Shown here: piece by piece, positions 8,755 to 18,224 of the stretch | Numbering within the stretch: the stretch's first letter is position 1 | How the letters are laid out: each line of letters begins with the position of its first letter | Source of the DNA: Gemmatimonadota bacterium | Lineage (GTDB): Bacteria; JBHIER01; G020348925 | Assembly: GCA_020348925.1 (NCBI GenBank) | Contig: CP070758.1 | Coordinates: 1,072,469-1,136,468 of the forward strand | Reading direction: 5' to 3' | Length of the DNA stretch: 64,000 bases | Made by a program: the position numbers and the translations under genes | The notes under the pieces: model-generated | The model's input: only the letters and a program-made list of their open reading frames with translations | Told to the model about the DNA's origin: nothing | Databases searched by the model: none

Positions 8755-10500
8755 GTGATGGAAATGCTGAACAAATTAATGACATTGAATTTTCCTCACG
8801 TGATCGTCACACTTTTTCTTGTGACCTCTGCTTTCGGAAACGCCGGTCTCACGAACACATCCGGCATTATAGTCGATATCCGTAATATCGGTCATCGCAA
8901 TTGGGAGATGGCATCCTTTTCACTTGATAAGAAACTTGATCTCCATATTGAGGCTCGCGGGACCGAACCACAACGGGATGATTTCGTCTATTCCTACGCC
9001 TGGATACTGGATGCTCGATCAAGAGACGTCGTGTGGGAGATGAACTTGGATAAGACATCACGAAAAAGACGTCTCAAGAAATTTACCTACGAAAGGATGA
9101 TTACGCTTTCAGAGGGTGATTACGAGGTCTATTACGCCACTTCTACTTTTTTTATGGACATGAACATAGAAGGGTTGGGTGATCTCTTCGAAAGTATTAT
9201 ACACGGTCTCCAAGACAAGCGATACACTGCAGACCGCGGTATTACGATCAAGGCCAAAGATTCAAGGGACATGAAATATGTCCACGAATACGATCCACAT
9301 AAAAGAGACAAGAACGTGATTCTCCAAATGACCTGCGTGGGAGATGACGAGTTTCACAAAGAAGGCTTTACTTTGAAGAAACCTGCGGCCGTTCGTATCT
9401 ATGCCCTTGGGGAAGGGAGCCTGAACGACCGTGAGATGAGCGATTACGGTTGGATTATGAACACCAAGACCCGCGAGCGAATCTGGGAGATGACGACCCG
9501 AAACACCGATCACGCCGGTGGTGCAGACAAGAACCTGCTTTATAACGATCGCTTCACCCTGCCTGCCGGTAGTTACATGGTCTCCTATGTCACTGATGGC
9601 TCCCATTCGTACGAACGATGGAACGCTCGACCTCCGTATGACCCGAACCATTGGGGCATTACACTGTGGTCAGAAGATTCAAGTTTTATCCAACAGGACG
9701 TTGTTCCACATGTTGCAACACAGGAGAAGGAGCCCGTCATCAAAATGGTTCGTATGCAAGACGATGAATTTAGAAGTCAGGGCTTTTCTCTTTTGAAGCC
9801 GGCGGATCTTCACATTTACGCGCTGGGTGAATATGCAAGTGACACGTTTTACGATTACGGTATTATTTTGGACGCCCATACACGTGAAAAAGTATGGAGC
9901 ATGACTTTTTACAATACGAAGCATGCGGGTGGTGGAAAAAAGAATCGTATTCATGACGACATCGTTCGATTTCCTGCCGGTGACTATATCGTGTATTACA
10001 TTACCGATGAATCCCATTCCTTACACGAATGGAATGCGGGTCCCCCGTATGACCCGGAAGCATGGGGTATCACCATCTGGGTGGCGGAGGACAATTTTGA
10101 ACCGAATAGCATTCAAAAGTACACGGTTCGTGAAGATCCTAATGTTCTGACGAATTTAACCGGGCTGGGGGATCAAGAGCAAGGGGTTGAACGATTCTCC
10201 TTAGACCAAAGCACGCGGGTTCGCATCTATGCTGTTGGTGAGGGTGATCGATACGACATGTACGATTACGGATGGAATGAGGATGAAAGAGGACGGATGG
10301 TTTGGGAGATGACTTATCGGAATACCGGGCACGCTGGTGGTGCTCAAAAGAATCGTCTCTTCAACGATGTTATCGTGTTGGGTGAAGGAGAGTACACGGT
10401 ACATTTCGTCACGGACGGCTCACACTCATTCAAAAAATGGAACAGCACTCCACCTTACGATCCGTTCCATTGGGGTATCTTGGTGATGAAGGAGGAGTGA
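8755..10500 (+). CDS. Secreted hypothetical protein with four ~135-aa tandem repeats
   Basis: Signal peptide; recurring IYALGE..DYG.I..VW.M...NT.HAGG..KN..G.Y.V...TD.SHS...WN..PPYDP..WGI. Confidence 0.8.
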   Translation: MMEMLNKLMTLNFPHVIVTLFLVTSAFGNAGLTNTSGIIVDIRNIGHRNWEMASFSLDKKLDLHIEARGTEPQRDDFVYSYAWILDARSRDVVWEMNLDKTSRKRRLKKFTYERMITLSEGDYEVYYATSTFFMDMNIEGLGDLFESIIHGLQDKRYTADRGITIKAKDSRDMKYVHEYDPHKRDKNVILQMTCVGDDEFHKEGFTLKKPAAVRIYALGEGSLNDREMSDYGWIMNTKTRERIWEMTTRNTDHAGGADKNLLYNDRFTLPAGSYMVSYVTDGSHSYERWNARPPYDPNHWGITLWSEDSSFIQQDVVPHVATQEKEPVIKMVRMQDDEFRSQGFSLLKPADLHIYALGEYASDTFYDYGIILDAHTREKVWSMTFYNTKHAGGGKKNRIHDDIVRFPAGDYIVYYITDESHSLHEWNAGPPYDPEAWGITIWVAEDNFEPNSIQKYTVREDPNVLTNLTGLGDQEQGVERFSLDQSTRVRIYAVGEGDRYDMYDYGWNEDERGRMVWEMTYRNTGHAGGAQKNRLFNDVIVLGEGEYTVHFVTDGSHSFKKWNSTPPYDPFHWGILVMKEE

Positions 10501-11039
10501 ACGATTACCGCCAGCAAACCACGGCTTGGTAACCCGGTGGCACGCCGTCCGAGAGACTGAGGGATCACATCAGTGAATCAGGACTACGAAATCTGCCTCG
10601 TCCAACCGATTCCTATTTTGAGTCATCATGTCGACCCCTGCATTCGCAGGGACGAATATTGTGCTTCACAACCGAAACCACGAACTGACATTTTCAACGC
10701 AACCGTGGCATAGAACCTGACAAGAAAAGGTCAAACAGTGGTCTTCGTCGAAAAACGAGTGGTTTTTTCCGCTACCAAGGAGAACACCACATCCGACGAA
10801 ATTCCTATGGAGCGTAAAAGAGCCTACTGCAGAAGGCAGCTGGTTTTCATACGGGATTGTATCTTATTTCCTCTGTTTCCTCAATTCATCCAATTTGCAT
10901 GAAAACAAACTCTGATCCCTTGCCGGCCTATAACTGTATAAAATACAATGCTCCGTTTTTATGAATATTCCCGGAGTTCAGAGGCAAGAATGGCTTATCT
11001 CTTGACAACCTCTACTTTCCTGTCTCCCCCTCTCTTCTT

Positions 11040-11249
11040 CTATTCGGTTGACAGTTTCACACTCACTGCCTTGGGACCTTTGGTTCCCTTCTCAACATCG
11101 AATTGGACCTGTTGCTCTTCTTCCAATGAATCGAACTCTACATCTATCAGGTCTGTCTGATGGAAGAAAATCTCTCTGCCGTCTTCTGCACTGATGAAAC
11201 CATACCCGCGACCGCGAATCAGCGTCTTAATCGTTCCTTTCAAATCCAT
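11040..11249 (-). CDS. Cold-shock domain protein
   Basis: RNP1 GYGFI, RNP2 IFFH, C-terminal KGPKA; start may be 11252, 11249 or 11243. Confidence 0.9.
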   Translation of the reverse strand: MDLKGTIKTLIRGRGYGFISAEDGREIFFHQTDLIDVEFDSLEEEQQVQFDVEKGTKGPKAVSVKLSTE

Positions 11250-11353
11250 CACCCCCTTCCTTAGGTATCAGGAGTTCTTCACCCCGAAAGATCTCTGCTC
11301 GTTCCTCAGTCAATGCATAAGGTCCCGCAGAAAAATTAAACTTACGACAACTA

Positions 11354-11545
11354 TTAATTTCTGCCCCCGTTTTTCTGTCGTCGTAACTCTGCACACCGCC
11401 TGGCGATTTTTCTCTTCTCGCTGGGCTTGATAAAGTGCCTGGACCTTTGAGCATCCCGTAAAATACCAGATCGCTTTACCTGTGTTCGAAAACGACGCAG
11501 AACGCGATCGATAGGCTCACCAGGTTTCACCTTCACTTCTACCAT
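11354..11545 (-). CDS. rpsU: 30S ribosomal protein bS21
   Basis: EPIDRVLRRF..G.L....R.HF.KPSEKRK; start overlaps the stop of the upstream gene. Confidence 0.9.
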   Translation of the reverse strand: MVEVKVKPGEPIDRVLRRFRTQVKRSGILRDAQRSRHFIKPSEKRKIARRCAELRRQKNGGRN

Positions 11546-11745
11546 CGGTTATACCCACCTTGTCCACGAGGACTACGTCCGCTGCTCCGTCTTTCACCGC
11601 TCGTGTTCTGCCTCTTTCGAGCGTTGCGGCACGATTTACATCGCTTTGGATCCTGGAAACCTCTCTGGGTGTAATAGTTCTGTTCTTCCTCAGTGAACAT
11701 GAACTCCCTTCCACAGTCTTGACAGCTAATGGTTTTGTCCGCCAT
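11539..11745 (-). CDS. Zinc-ribbon (zf-trcl-like) protein with R/G-rich tail
   Basis: MADKTI.C.DCG.EF.FT.EEQ.YY..RGF..PKRC..CR; AAGAGAGG RBS. Confidence 0.88.
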   Translation of the reverse strand: MADKTISCQDCGREFMFTEEEQNYYTQRGFQDPKRCKSCRNARKRQNTSGERRSSGRSPRGQGGYNRW

Positions 11746-11975
11746 GAGATGATACCTCTCTTAAGATGAACGGTGAAACCCATGATTCAGTAAGATCACA
11801 ATTCAGGGAGTTACAATAATCACAATTCCAGGGAAAGTTCTGCGATTGTCTTTGATGGAAAATCAAAAAAGATTTTAACGACAGGCAAAAGTAAAATTTG
11901 AACATCGCGCCATCAAACAATTGTAAAGCACCTCACGATCCACTGGCAACATAGGCAGTATCTTGTACCGAATTG

Positions 11976-12005
11976 AATATAGATATGATCGAATATAAAA
12001 GTCAA
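11976..12005 (-). promoter_or_regulatory. Putative sigma70 promoter of the zinc-ribbon/rpsU/csp operon
   Basis: TTGACT-N18-TATATT; same hexamers and spacing as at 26315-26344. Confidence 0.6.
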
Positions 12006-12169
12006 GGTTAAAATCTGCAGAAGTGATCGCGACTTTTCCTTGCTTTCGTACAATCAAAATAATCATCGATTTCTTGAAATAACGAACGACTCGCAAGAAA
12101 CATGCACAACGAGCACCGCAGCCATTACATTGCGTAGAATACCTCAACAAATCGATACCCATCTACAGC

Positions 12170-13834
12170 TCATCGCAACTTTCCTACCTCCATATCTTGC
12201 ATGGTGTTTGTTTTGGAGTGCCAAAATTCTTGAAACACTGACTCCTGGTAGTTTTCCTCCCCAAATCTCGTGATATATTCAATCTCCATCAGGGTTAAAT
12301 CAATAATGAATTTGGATTGTTTCTGAAAATGTATGAACATTGCCGCCAGATTGACAGCTGACTCAAGTGCTCCCGGATTTTTGAAAAGAACAGTGAAGAA
12401 CATTTTCCAGTATAGCCAACCGGTTGTTCTGTTGAATCCTACTTTACGGCACAGTTTCAAAAAGGCTTTGCCAGTCTTGAACAATTTTCTAAGACCCGGT
12501 TTATACTTATTGCTCGGTCTCAAATGGAGAGCTGTATTGATTATTCTTTTATAATAGTGTACAGGATTATATATGTATGTTAACACATAAATAAAATCTT
12601 TTAAAATATTCGACCTTGGTCTTCCGGTCATAAAGTTTAAGCCACTTGTCGTCTGATCAATTTCAACGCGAATATCCTTCAAGGTCGATCCCTCCTCGAA
12701 CAATCTCCCTTCCCTTTTCAGGCGCCGAGTTAACTGTGTATTTGGTAATGCGTAGAGTGTCCCCAGCATAGCCATACATATCCCAGAATCTTGAATGCAA
12801 GTGATCATAGTCTCAGCGGTTCGATCATTTTCAGTATCGAAACCGATAATGAAACCCGCATTGACAATGATACCAAAGGAATGAATCTTCCGAATGGCTT
12901 CTGAAACTGATTTATTCACATTTTGCTTCTTACTTGTCAGGCTCAATACGTCGTTCTCTGGTGTTTCAATTCCGATAAAAACGAAACGAAAATCCACATC
13001 CCTCATCATTTGCAAGAGGTTCTCGTCATCCGCAAGATTGATCGAAGCCTCGGTTGAAAAATAGAAAGGATATCCCTTTGGTTGAGACCACTCCCTGACG
13101 GCGGGAAGAAGTCCCTTGACATCTTTTTTATTCCCAATGAAATTATCGTCCACAAAATCTATATGCCCCCGATAGCCAAGATCGTAAAGCGTTTGGAGTT
13201 CCTGTATTATTTGATCGGAGGTCTTCGCTCGTGGTACCCTGCCGTAAAGCTCAATGATGTCACAAAATTCGCAATTGAAGGGACACCCCCTGGAGTATTG
13301 TATTCCAACCTGGATATAATTCTTGAATTCTATCAAGTCAAACCTGGGGACTATCGCTTTCTTCATGTCTGCCCTATCATGGGAAGCATATACGCCACTG
13401 GCAGAACCCTTGGCGAAATCCTCCACCAGCATTGGAATCGTCACCTCACCTTCACCAAGGACCAAATAATCTGCGGATTGGTATACATCGGGTTGTGATG
13501 AAGGATCCGGACCGCCGACAATAACCGGACAATTACTCTGATGTGCTCTGTCAATTATGGAAAGGATACCCAACTGTTGGGACAGCATTCCTCCAGTACA
13601 TACCACATCTGCCCAGGCAAAGTATTCATCCTGCAACGGTTCGACATTTGCATCCACGAGTTTAAACTCCCACTGCTGGGGGAGAAGCCCTGCCACTGTC
13701 ATGAGACCGAGAGGTGTCGCCGGATACTTTGCTCCAACTATCTTGCACACATCGACGTAATTCCAGAAACTAAATGTTGAAAATTTCGACTGTACGAGAA
13801 GACATCTTGTTCCATTTTCTAATAGATTTTTCAT
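12170..13834 (-). CDS. B12-binding radical SAM protein (DUF4070-type C-terminus)
   Basis: PLGLMTVA, GGP, GEGE B12-binding region; RGCPFNCEFC; FVDDNF; GIET; FIIGFD. Confidence 0.9.
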   Translation of the reverse strand: MKNLLENGTRCLLVQSKFSTFSFWNYVDVCKIVGAKYPATPLGLMTVAGLLPQQWEFKLVDANVEPLQDEYFAWADVVCTGGMLSQQLGILSIIDRAHQSNCPVIVGGPDPSSQPDVYQSADYLVLGEGEVTIPMLVEDFAKGSASGVYASHDRADMKKAIVPRFDLIEFKNYIQVGIQYSRGCPFNCEFCDIIELYGRVPRAKTSDQIIQELQTLYDLGYRGHIDFVDDNFIGNKKDVKGLLPAVREWSQPKGYPFYFSTEASINLADDENLLQMMRDVDFRFVFIGIETPENDVLSLTSKKQNVNKSVSEAIRKIHSFGIIVNAGFIIGFDTENDRTAETMITCIQDSGICMAMLGTLYALPNTQLTRRLKREGRLFEEGSTLKDIRVEIDQTTSGLNFMTGRPRSNILKDFIYVLTYIYNPVHYYKRIINTALHLRPSNKYKPGLRKLFKTGKAFLKLCRKVGFNRTTGWLYWKMFFTVLFKNPGALESAVNLAAMFIHFQKQSKFIIDLTLMEIEYITRFGEENYQESVFQEFWHSKTNTMQDMEVGKLR

Positions 13835-14260
13835 TGAAATGATTACTTAACCATCATATTGTCGAATGTGAAAGCGACTTTGTATTAACGGATTGAATGG
13901 ATTGGGATTGCTCTGCCTCTCGATGTCCACGGATTTGTGTAACTCACGACGGACAACATTACTTTCCTAAATTGAGCGATTCCTGGCAAACACCATGCCT
14001 TCTTCATTCTCGGTCCGATGCATCGGGTGAAGCATCTTACGCCAGAATGATGAGATGCTTCACTCCGCGCCGCGGAGCCAGCCTCGATTTTGATTTGAGA
14101 TTCTGAATGACACATCCGGCTATTGTTCTGAAAAGTCGCTCAGCTTAGGTCTTTCGAATCGAAAAAAGAATGGCTCCTCTCATTTTCCCGGGGAGTAAGG
14201 AGCCGCAGCCTTAACCACCTCATGCTCTTGGATTGTTTCCTTCCTCAAGTCCCTGATATA

Positions 14261-14305
14261 AAAACGGGCCTCAAAGCCAAAGAGTAATACGACAAAGAGG
14301 CCCGC
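14261..14305 (-). terminator. Intrinsic terminator downstream of csp
   Basis: CGGGCCTC..GAGGCCCG stem followed by a T-run on the minus strand. Confidence 0.65.
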
Positions 14306-14324
14306 TTCGATTGAAAAGTCGGAT

Positions 14325-14525
14325 CTATAACTTCACCACCTTCTCCGCCTTCAAACCCTTTGAGTCCTCAATGATCTCAAATTCGACTTTCTCACCCTCG
14401 TAGAGAGTTTTGAAACCCTCACTCTGAATAGCGGAATGGTGGACAAAGACATCATCTCCAGACTCCTGTCCAATGAACCCAAAACCTTTACGGTCATTGA
14501 ACCATTTTACATGTCCTACTGGCAT
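14325..14525 (-). CDS. Cold-shock protein (CspA family)
   Basis: G.VKWFN..KGFGFI..DVFVH.SAI...GFKTL.EG; AAAGGAGGTGA RBS. Confidence 0.95.
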   Translation of the reverse strand: MPVGHVKWFNDRKGFGFIGQESGDDVFVHHSAIQSEGFKTLYEGEKVEFEIIEDSKGLKAEKVVKL

Positions 14526-14558
14526 CTATCTTTCACCTCCTTTCGTTTCAAATTTCGG

Positions 14559-14608
14559 TAAGAAAAAACGGACGATGATCGAATTTGCCTATCATCGTCC
14601 GTTTCTTT
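14559..14608 (-). terminator. Terminator-like hairpin in the csp 5' leader
   Basis: AAACGGACGATGAT/ATCATCGTCCGTTT 14-bp inverted repeat ending in TTTTTTCTT, ~35 nt upstream of the csp ATG. Confidence 0.6.
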
Positions 14609-14646
14609 ATCCGTCGATGTCCTTACACTTTTCGATAATCAACGCA

Positions 14647-14674
14647 AATGTACACCTTTTTTTCGAAAAGTCAA
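14647..14674 (-). promoter_or_regulatory. Putative sigma70 promoter of csp
   Basis: TTGACT-N16-TACATT. Confidence 0.5.
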
Positions 14675-14996
14675 GAGAAATTTTTACTACAGCTGTCCGC
14701 GGCAACCAAAAAGTACCCAGGAATGGTGGGAGGTCTTTTCGTGTGAGCGCGTGGCAACAGGTATTTGGGTTCTGGAAGAGGAGTTCTTAAGGGGTGGGAA
14801 ACCGGGATGATTGCCATCCTCGCGATGCGCGTCATCATCTTTGAACGCTCATTGTCCGTTGGCGTTTGATAGGAATGAAGATAGGTATGCGCGTCGGCAG
14901 CATTTGCACAGTATGGGGTGAAGTTACATGAAGGGGTGTTCGGACGGAAACGATACGACTCCCGTGATATCTTCTTAGATCTTCTGGGAGAATGCG

Positions 14997-15815
14997 TTAG
15001 GTGATTCCATGAGGTTGTTTCGATCGCGCAAGCAGGTACGTTCCGTACGCGCTTACTAAAGAAATGAGAAAAGCGAGCAACGTCCCAAGACCAATCCCGA
15101 CGGAAAGATACAAATAACGCACACACACGGCATAGACCACAACATTTATCATGCCGCTTATCATCATGGGTTTCGTCAGAGCTCTCGAGAACTCGAGTCC
15201 TCGAACTTGATAGGCGATGACTAGCGTGGAGATGAAAACGGCGGGGAAGACCGAGAACATCCCGCCAATCGTGGGATTACTTACCCTACTGAGCCAGACG
15301 GCCAGGGCGATAATACCCCCGCTGAACAGTGCCCGCAGGGAAAGCTGACCGGGTGAGACCAAAATGTTTCGACCTTGAAAAATAGGAACGTGCAGGAGCC
15401 GTTGAAATGTGAAGTAGCAGAGAGACAGGAGAAAAAAATAGCATGCCAACGAAACTGCAAATCCAACCGGGTCGATCCGTACGGCAAGAAACGACAGAGT
15501 TCCCCAGACAAGAAACGCAGTACACAATCCGACAGCAAAACCACGCCGTGCGAATGCAGCGTAAGCGACAAGAAACAGGCCGTTGAACCCTACGATGAGA
15601 GGGATGATTTCTGTCGCACGGGAAGCAACGTGTGGTGATTCGACGAGGCCAATGAAGAACAGGGTCACAACCACCGTCGAGGGGATCCCCCCGATAATGC
15701 CACCTACGGCACTCCCGAAGCGCTCGGCCGCCACCGTGCAAGCCGTTACAAACAACCCCCCGACAACGAAGCTCAAGACAACTTTCAGAAAAAAGAGTGT
15801 ATTCAATGGTGCCAC
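14997..15815 (-). CDS. Integral membrane protein (DUF3147-like, internal duplication)
   Basis: ~8 TM segments; duplicated GG..V.....AER.G..VGGII.G.P / GG..A......S..P..GG..S.FP halves. Confidence 0.65.
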   Translation of the reverse strand: MAPLNTLFFLKVVLSFVVGGLFVTACTVAAERFGSAVGGIIGGIPSTVVVTLFFIGLVESPHVASRATEIIPLIVGFNGLFLVAYAAFARRGFAVGLCTAFLVWGTLSFLAVRIDPVGFAVSLACYFFLLSLCYFTFQRLLHVPIFQGRNILVSPGQLSLRALFSGGIIALAVWLSRVSNPTIGGMFSVFPAVFISTLVIAYQVRGLEFSRALTKPMMISGMINVVVYAVCVRYLYLSVGIGLGTLLAFLISLVSAYGTYLLARSKQPHGIT

Positions 15816-15852
15816 CTAACAGGGCTACTAATCCACAAGTGGACGGCTTTGA

Positions 15853-16284
15853 TTAAGATAGAGCTTCTCCGCTTCTTTCCTTCTCCCGGGCTATGATCTG
15901 ACGTATTGGATCGTTATCGGCGTAGACGCGCCATTCGGCAACAAGGTCATCCTGAATGACGGCGTACCATGCAGCGGGTATCTCCCATTTATTTTCAGGT
16001 TTCAACGTCCCATCCGAGGTGTAAGTACCGCCCGCAGTGCCGAACATACCGAAACTATTTTCATCCTTAAATATTCTTTCAATCTTGATCCAGTAATCCG
16101 GAACCATCGTATAGTAACCTTTCCAACCATTTCTCATAGTTTCCCGACCGCGCACTTTCTGTCCGAGGCCGTCCACGAAACAGTGATCCTCAGTCATGAG
16201 TTTGCACAGCCCATCGACATCTTGTGCACTGATCCTGTCGGCAAATGCCTGTACGACTTCAACACCCTTCATTTTATTCTCCAA
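15853..16284 (-). CDS. NTF2/SnoaL-like family protein
   Basis: F.D.I.AQDVDGL..LMTEDH.FVD..G..V.GR..W..Y; WRVYADN; exact start uncertain. Confidence 0.8.
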   Translation of the reverse strand: MENKMKGVEVVQAFADRISAQDVDGLCKLMTEDHCFVDGLGQKVRGRETMRNGWKGYYTMVPDYWIKIERIFKDENSFGMFGTAGGTYTSDGTLKPENKWEIPAAWYAVIQDDLVAEWRVYADNDPIRQIIAREKERSGEALS

Positions 16285-16309
16285 TCATAACCATGGTTAA
16301 GCGATTATC

Positions 16310-16708
16310 CTACTTCGATGGAACGAGGGTTCTCCACACAGCGAGCCAATTCCCCTCATCTCGAATGAAAACGAACACATCTTGGCCTGAATCGCTGTGC
16401 TCTTCACCATTCATCTCGTAATCGATCTCGTACGTATAGCTTGCGACCGCCGTATCCCGCCAGACATCTATAGTGTGATCCGACTCCGTAATTTTTTTGA
16501 CAACTGCCCGGTTAATAAAGTCTTCATAACTTTGAATACACGCCTGACGTCCTATTCCTATCCTTCCGATTCCTAACTGGGAGATCACCATATCATCATG
16601 GAAATAGTCCTGCAATCTTTCCGGATGTCCATTCATCCAAGCTCCGTTTATCCTTTTTAATATCTGTCTGATCTCTTCCCGGGCTTGTTGCTCAGCGTTA
16701 AAGATCAT
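16310..16708 (-). CDS. NTF2/DUF4440-like protein
   Basis: GGAGG RBS; AW..G..E.L.DYFHDD; DTAVA.Y.Y; G.D.FVF.R..G.W.AVWR. Confidence 0.75.
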   Translation of the reverse strand: MIFNAEQQAREEIRQILKRINGAWMNGHPERLQDYFHDDMVISQLGIGRIGIGRQACIQSYEDFINRAVVKKITESDHTIDVWRDTAVASYTYEIDYEMNGEEHSDSGQDVFVFIRDEGNWLAVWRTLVPSK

Positions 16709-16745
16709 TCGAATCCTCCTCCATGATAATAATTCACAATTTGTA

Positions 16746-17167
16746 CTACCGTTTTGAACGAAAGCTTTCAAGGCGATTTATGTGCCAAGCCGGAAATCCA
16801 AACTCCTTAGCCGGTTGGACGATTCGATCGACGTAGCTGTTGGCTGGTGACCCTAACTCCATTGGAAGGGCAATATAACAAAGTGCTGGCCTCCATGTAC
16901 CACCCATCGTTTCAACCAGCACTGCTTCTGGAAGATATATTCCACCCAAAATGTTCCGGGCATGAGTGTACAATCGTTTAAGTTCCTCGTGGGCGGCCGT
17001 AGCTACGATCCCGTATACACAATGTTTATCTGTTGGACAAGATTAGCCAACGGTTGAATTTGAATATCAAAACCGCTCAGTTTCGCCATTTCGTATTTTT
17101 TAGGAACAAGATCTACCTCTTTCAGAACATCAAAATTCGTGTATGCTCCGTTGAAAAATATCCACAC
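16746..17167 (-). pseudogene. Frameshifted gamma-glutamylcyclotransferase-like gene
   Basis: VWIFFNGAYTNFDVLKEVDL..AKLSGFDIQIQPLANLV in one frame continues after a 1-nt shift near 17035 as TDKHCVYGIV..ELKRLY..YLPEAVLV..ALCYI..Y..RIV..A...GFP.W. Confidence 0.6.
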
Positions 17168-17229
17168 CTTTTTCGTTGTTCTAAATATATATGAAAGATT
17201 TTGTTTTGGAAGGAATAATACACTGAGCC

Positions 17230-17598
17230 TTATGACTCGGATCTCTGGGAAAACAATCTGACCGTCTCATCATGCAGAAGAACCCAAATCGAATAAACAC
17301 CAATGGCCGTTCCGATGGGTATAAAAATGAGGTCTGTTGCAGCCAGAATCAGGACCAGAATCCTCGCCCAAGACTTGCGCTTCAACAAGCCGAGACTTCC
17401 TATTATCTCAGGTACCGACAGGACGATAAAAAATCCAGCGATAGTAGTGCCAACCGTCGAGGTTAGAGCCATGGCCTGGGGATCACCGGAGAGTATTCCA
17501 CCTCCCACAGCTGCAACAAAAACGCTCATTCCAATAAGAATGCACAGAGCACCAAATCCTATATAGATGGCTGCAACAAGGGTCACATGCTTTTCCAT
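17230..17598 (-). CDS. Small hypothetical membrane protein
   Basis: GGAAGG RBS; 3-4 TMs; GLLKRKSWARIL..PIGTAIGVYSIWVL motif. Confidence 0.75.
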   Translation of the reverse strand: MEKHVTLVAAIYIGFGALCILIGMSVFVAAVGGGILSGDPQAMALTSTVGTTIAGFFIVLSVPEIIGSLGLLKRKSWARILVLILAATDLIFIPIGTAIGVYSIWVLLHDETVRLFSQRSES

Positions 17599-17764
17599 TA
17601 TTCAACCTTCCCAGGTTCCAATTATTTACTATTGTACAAAAGCCACATGCAAACTTCATCAGTGGACAATGCTTACTTTTATCAGGTTTCATATCGACGC
17701 CGCATTCTGAGTATCGCTGAGAAATACCCGCAAAGAAAATATACTATTGTCATGCCTTGGCTCT

Positions 17765-17958
17765 TCAATGCCCTGAAGCCTGAGCCGTTAGACAGACAGG
17801 CGAACACAGCGACCGTTTTTTCCGTGTCTGAATCCCCCGCCTTAGCGGGGGATGAGTTTGGAAAAAACAGCGTAGTGAGCCGTTGTCGTTCTCGGCGAAG
17901 GCTTTGGGCTGGCTTTTCTTTTTGTTCTTTTTCTTTGGCCAGCAAAGAAAAAGAAGAT
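17765..17958. repeat. Putative interspersed palindromic (MITE/REP-like) element
   Basis: Nested inverted repeats (GTTTTTTCC..GGAAAAAAC; ATCCCCCGC-CTTA-GCGGGGGAT; TTCTTTTTCTTTG..CAAAGAAAAAGAA). Confidence 0.5.
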
Positions 17959-18224
17959 GAATAATTTTCTTATTTCTCTCAAATGGTACCCATTGCTCAA
18001 ATATTTCCTCTGACTTGATTTCCCTCACTCCCACGATCCATGATTTAGAGTATCACCAAAACAAATGAGAGAACGTATCCACATATTCTTGCGCCAAGCC
18101 GGTTTTTTCTTGCTTTTTCCACATAAAATCATATCATAATGAATGGTATTACAAACTATAAGGCCATGAAATTGATGTCAAGAGGATATGCTTTTACAGT
18201 CAACTATTTCGGGGAGAAAAAAAT

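Noticed and set aside
17682-18034. Short ORFs over the palindromic element
   Set aside because: Low-complexity translation of the repeat; no RBS or domain
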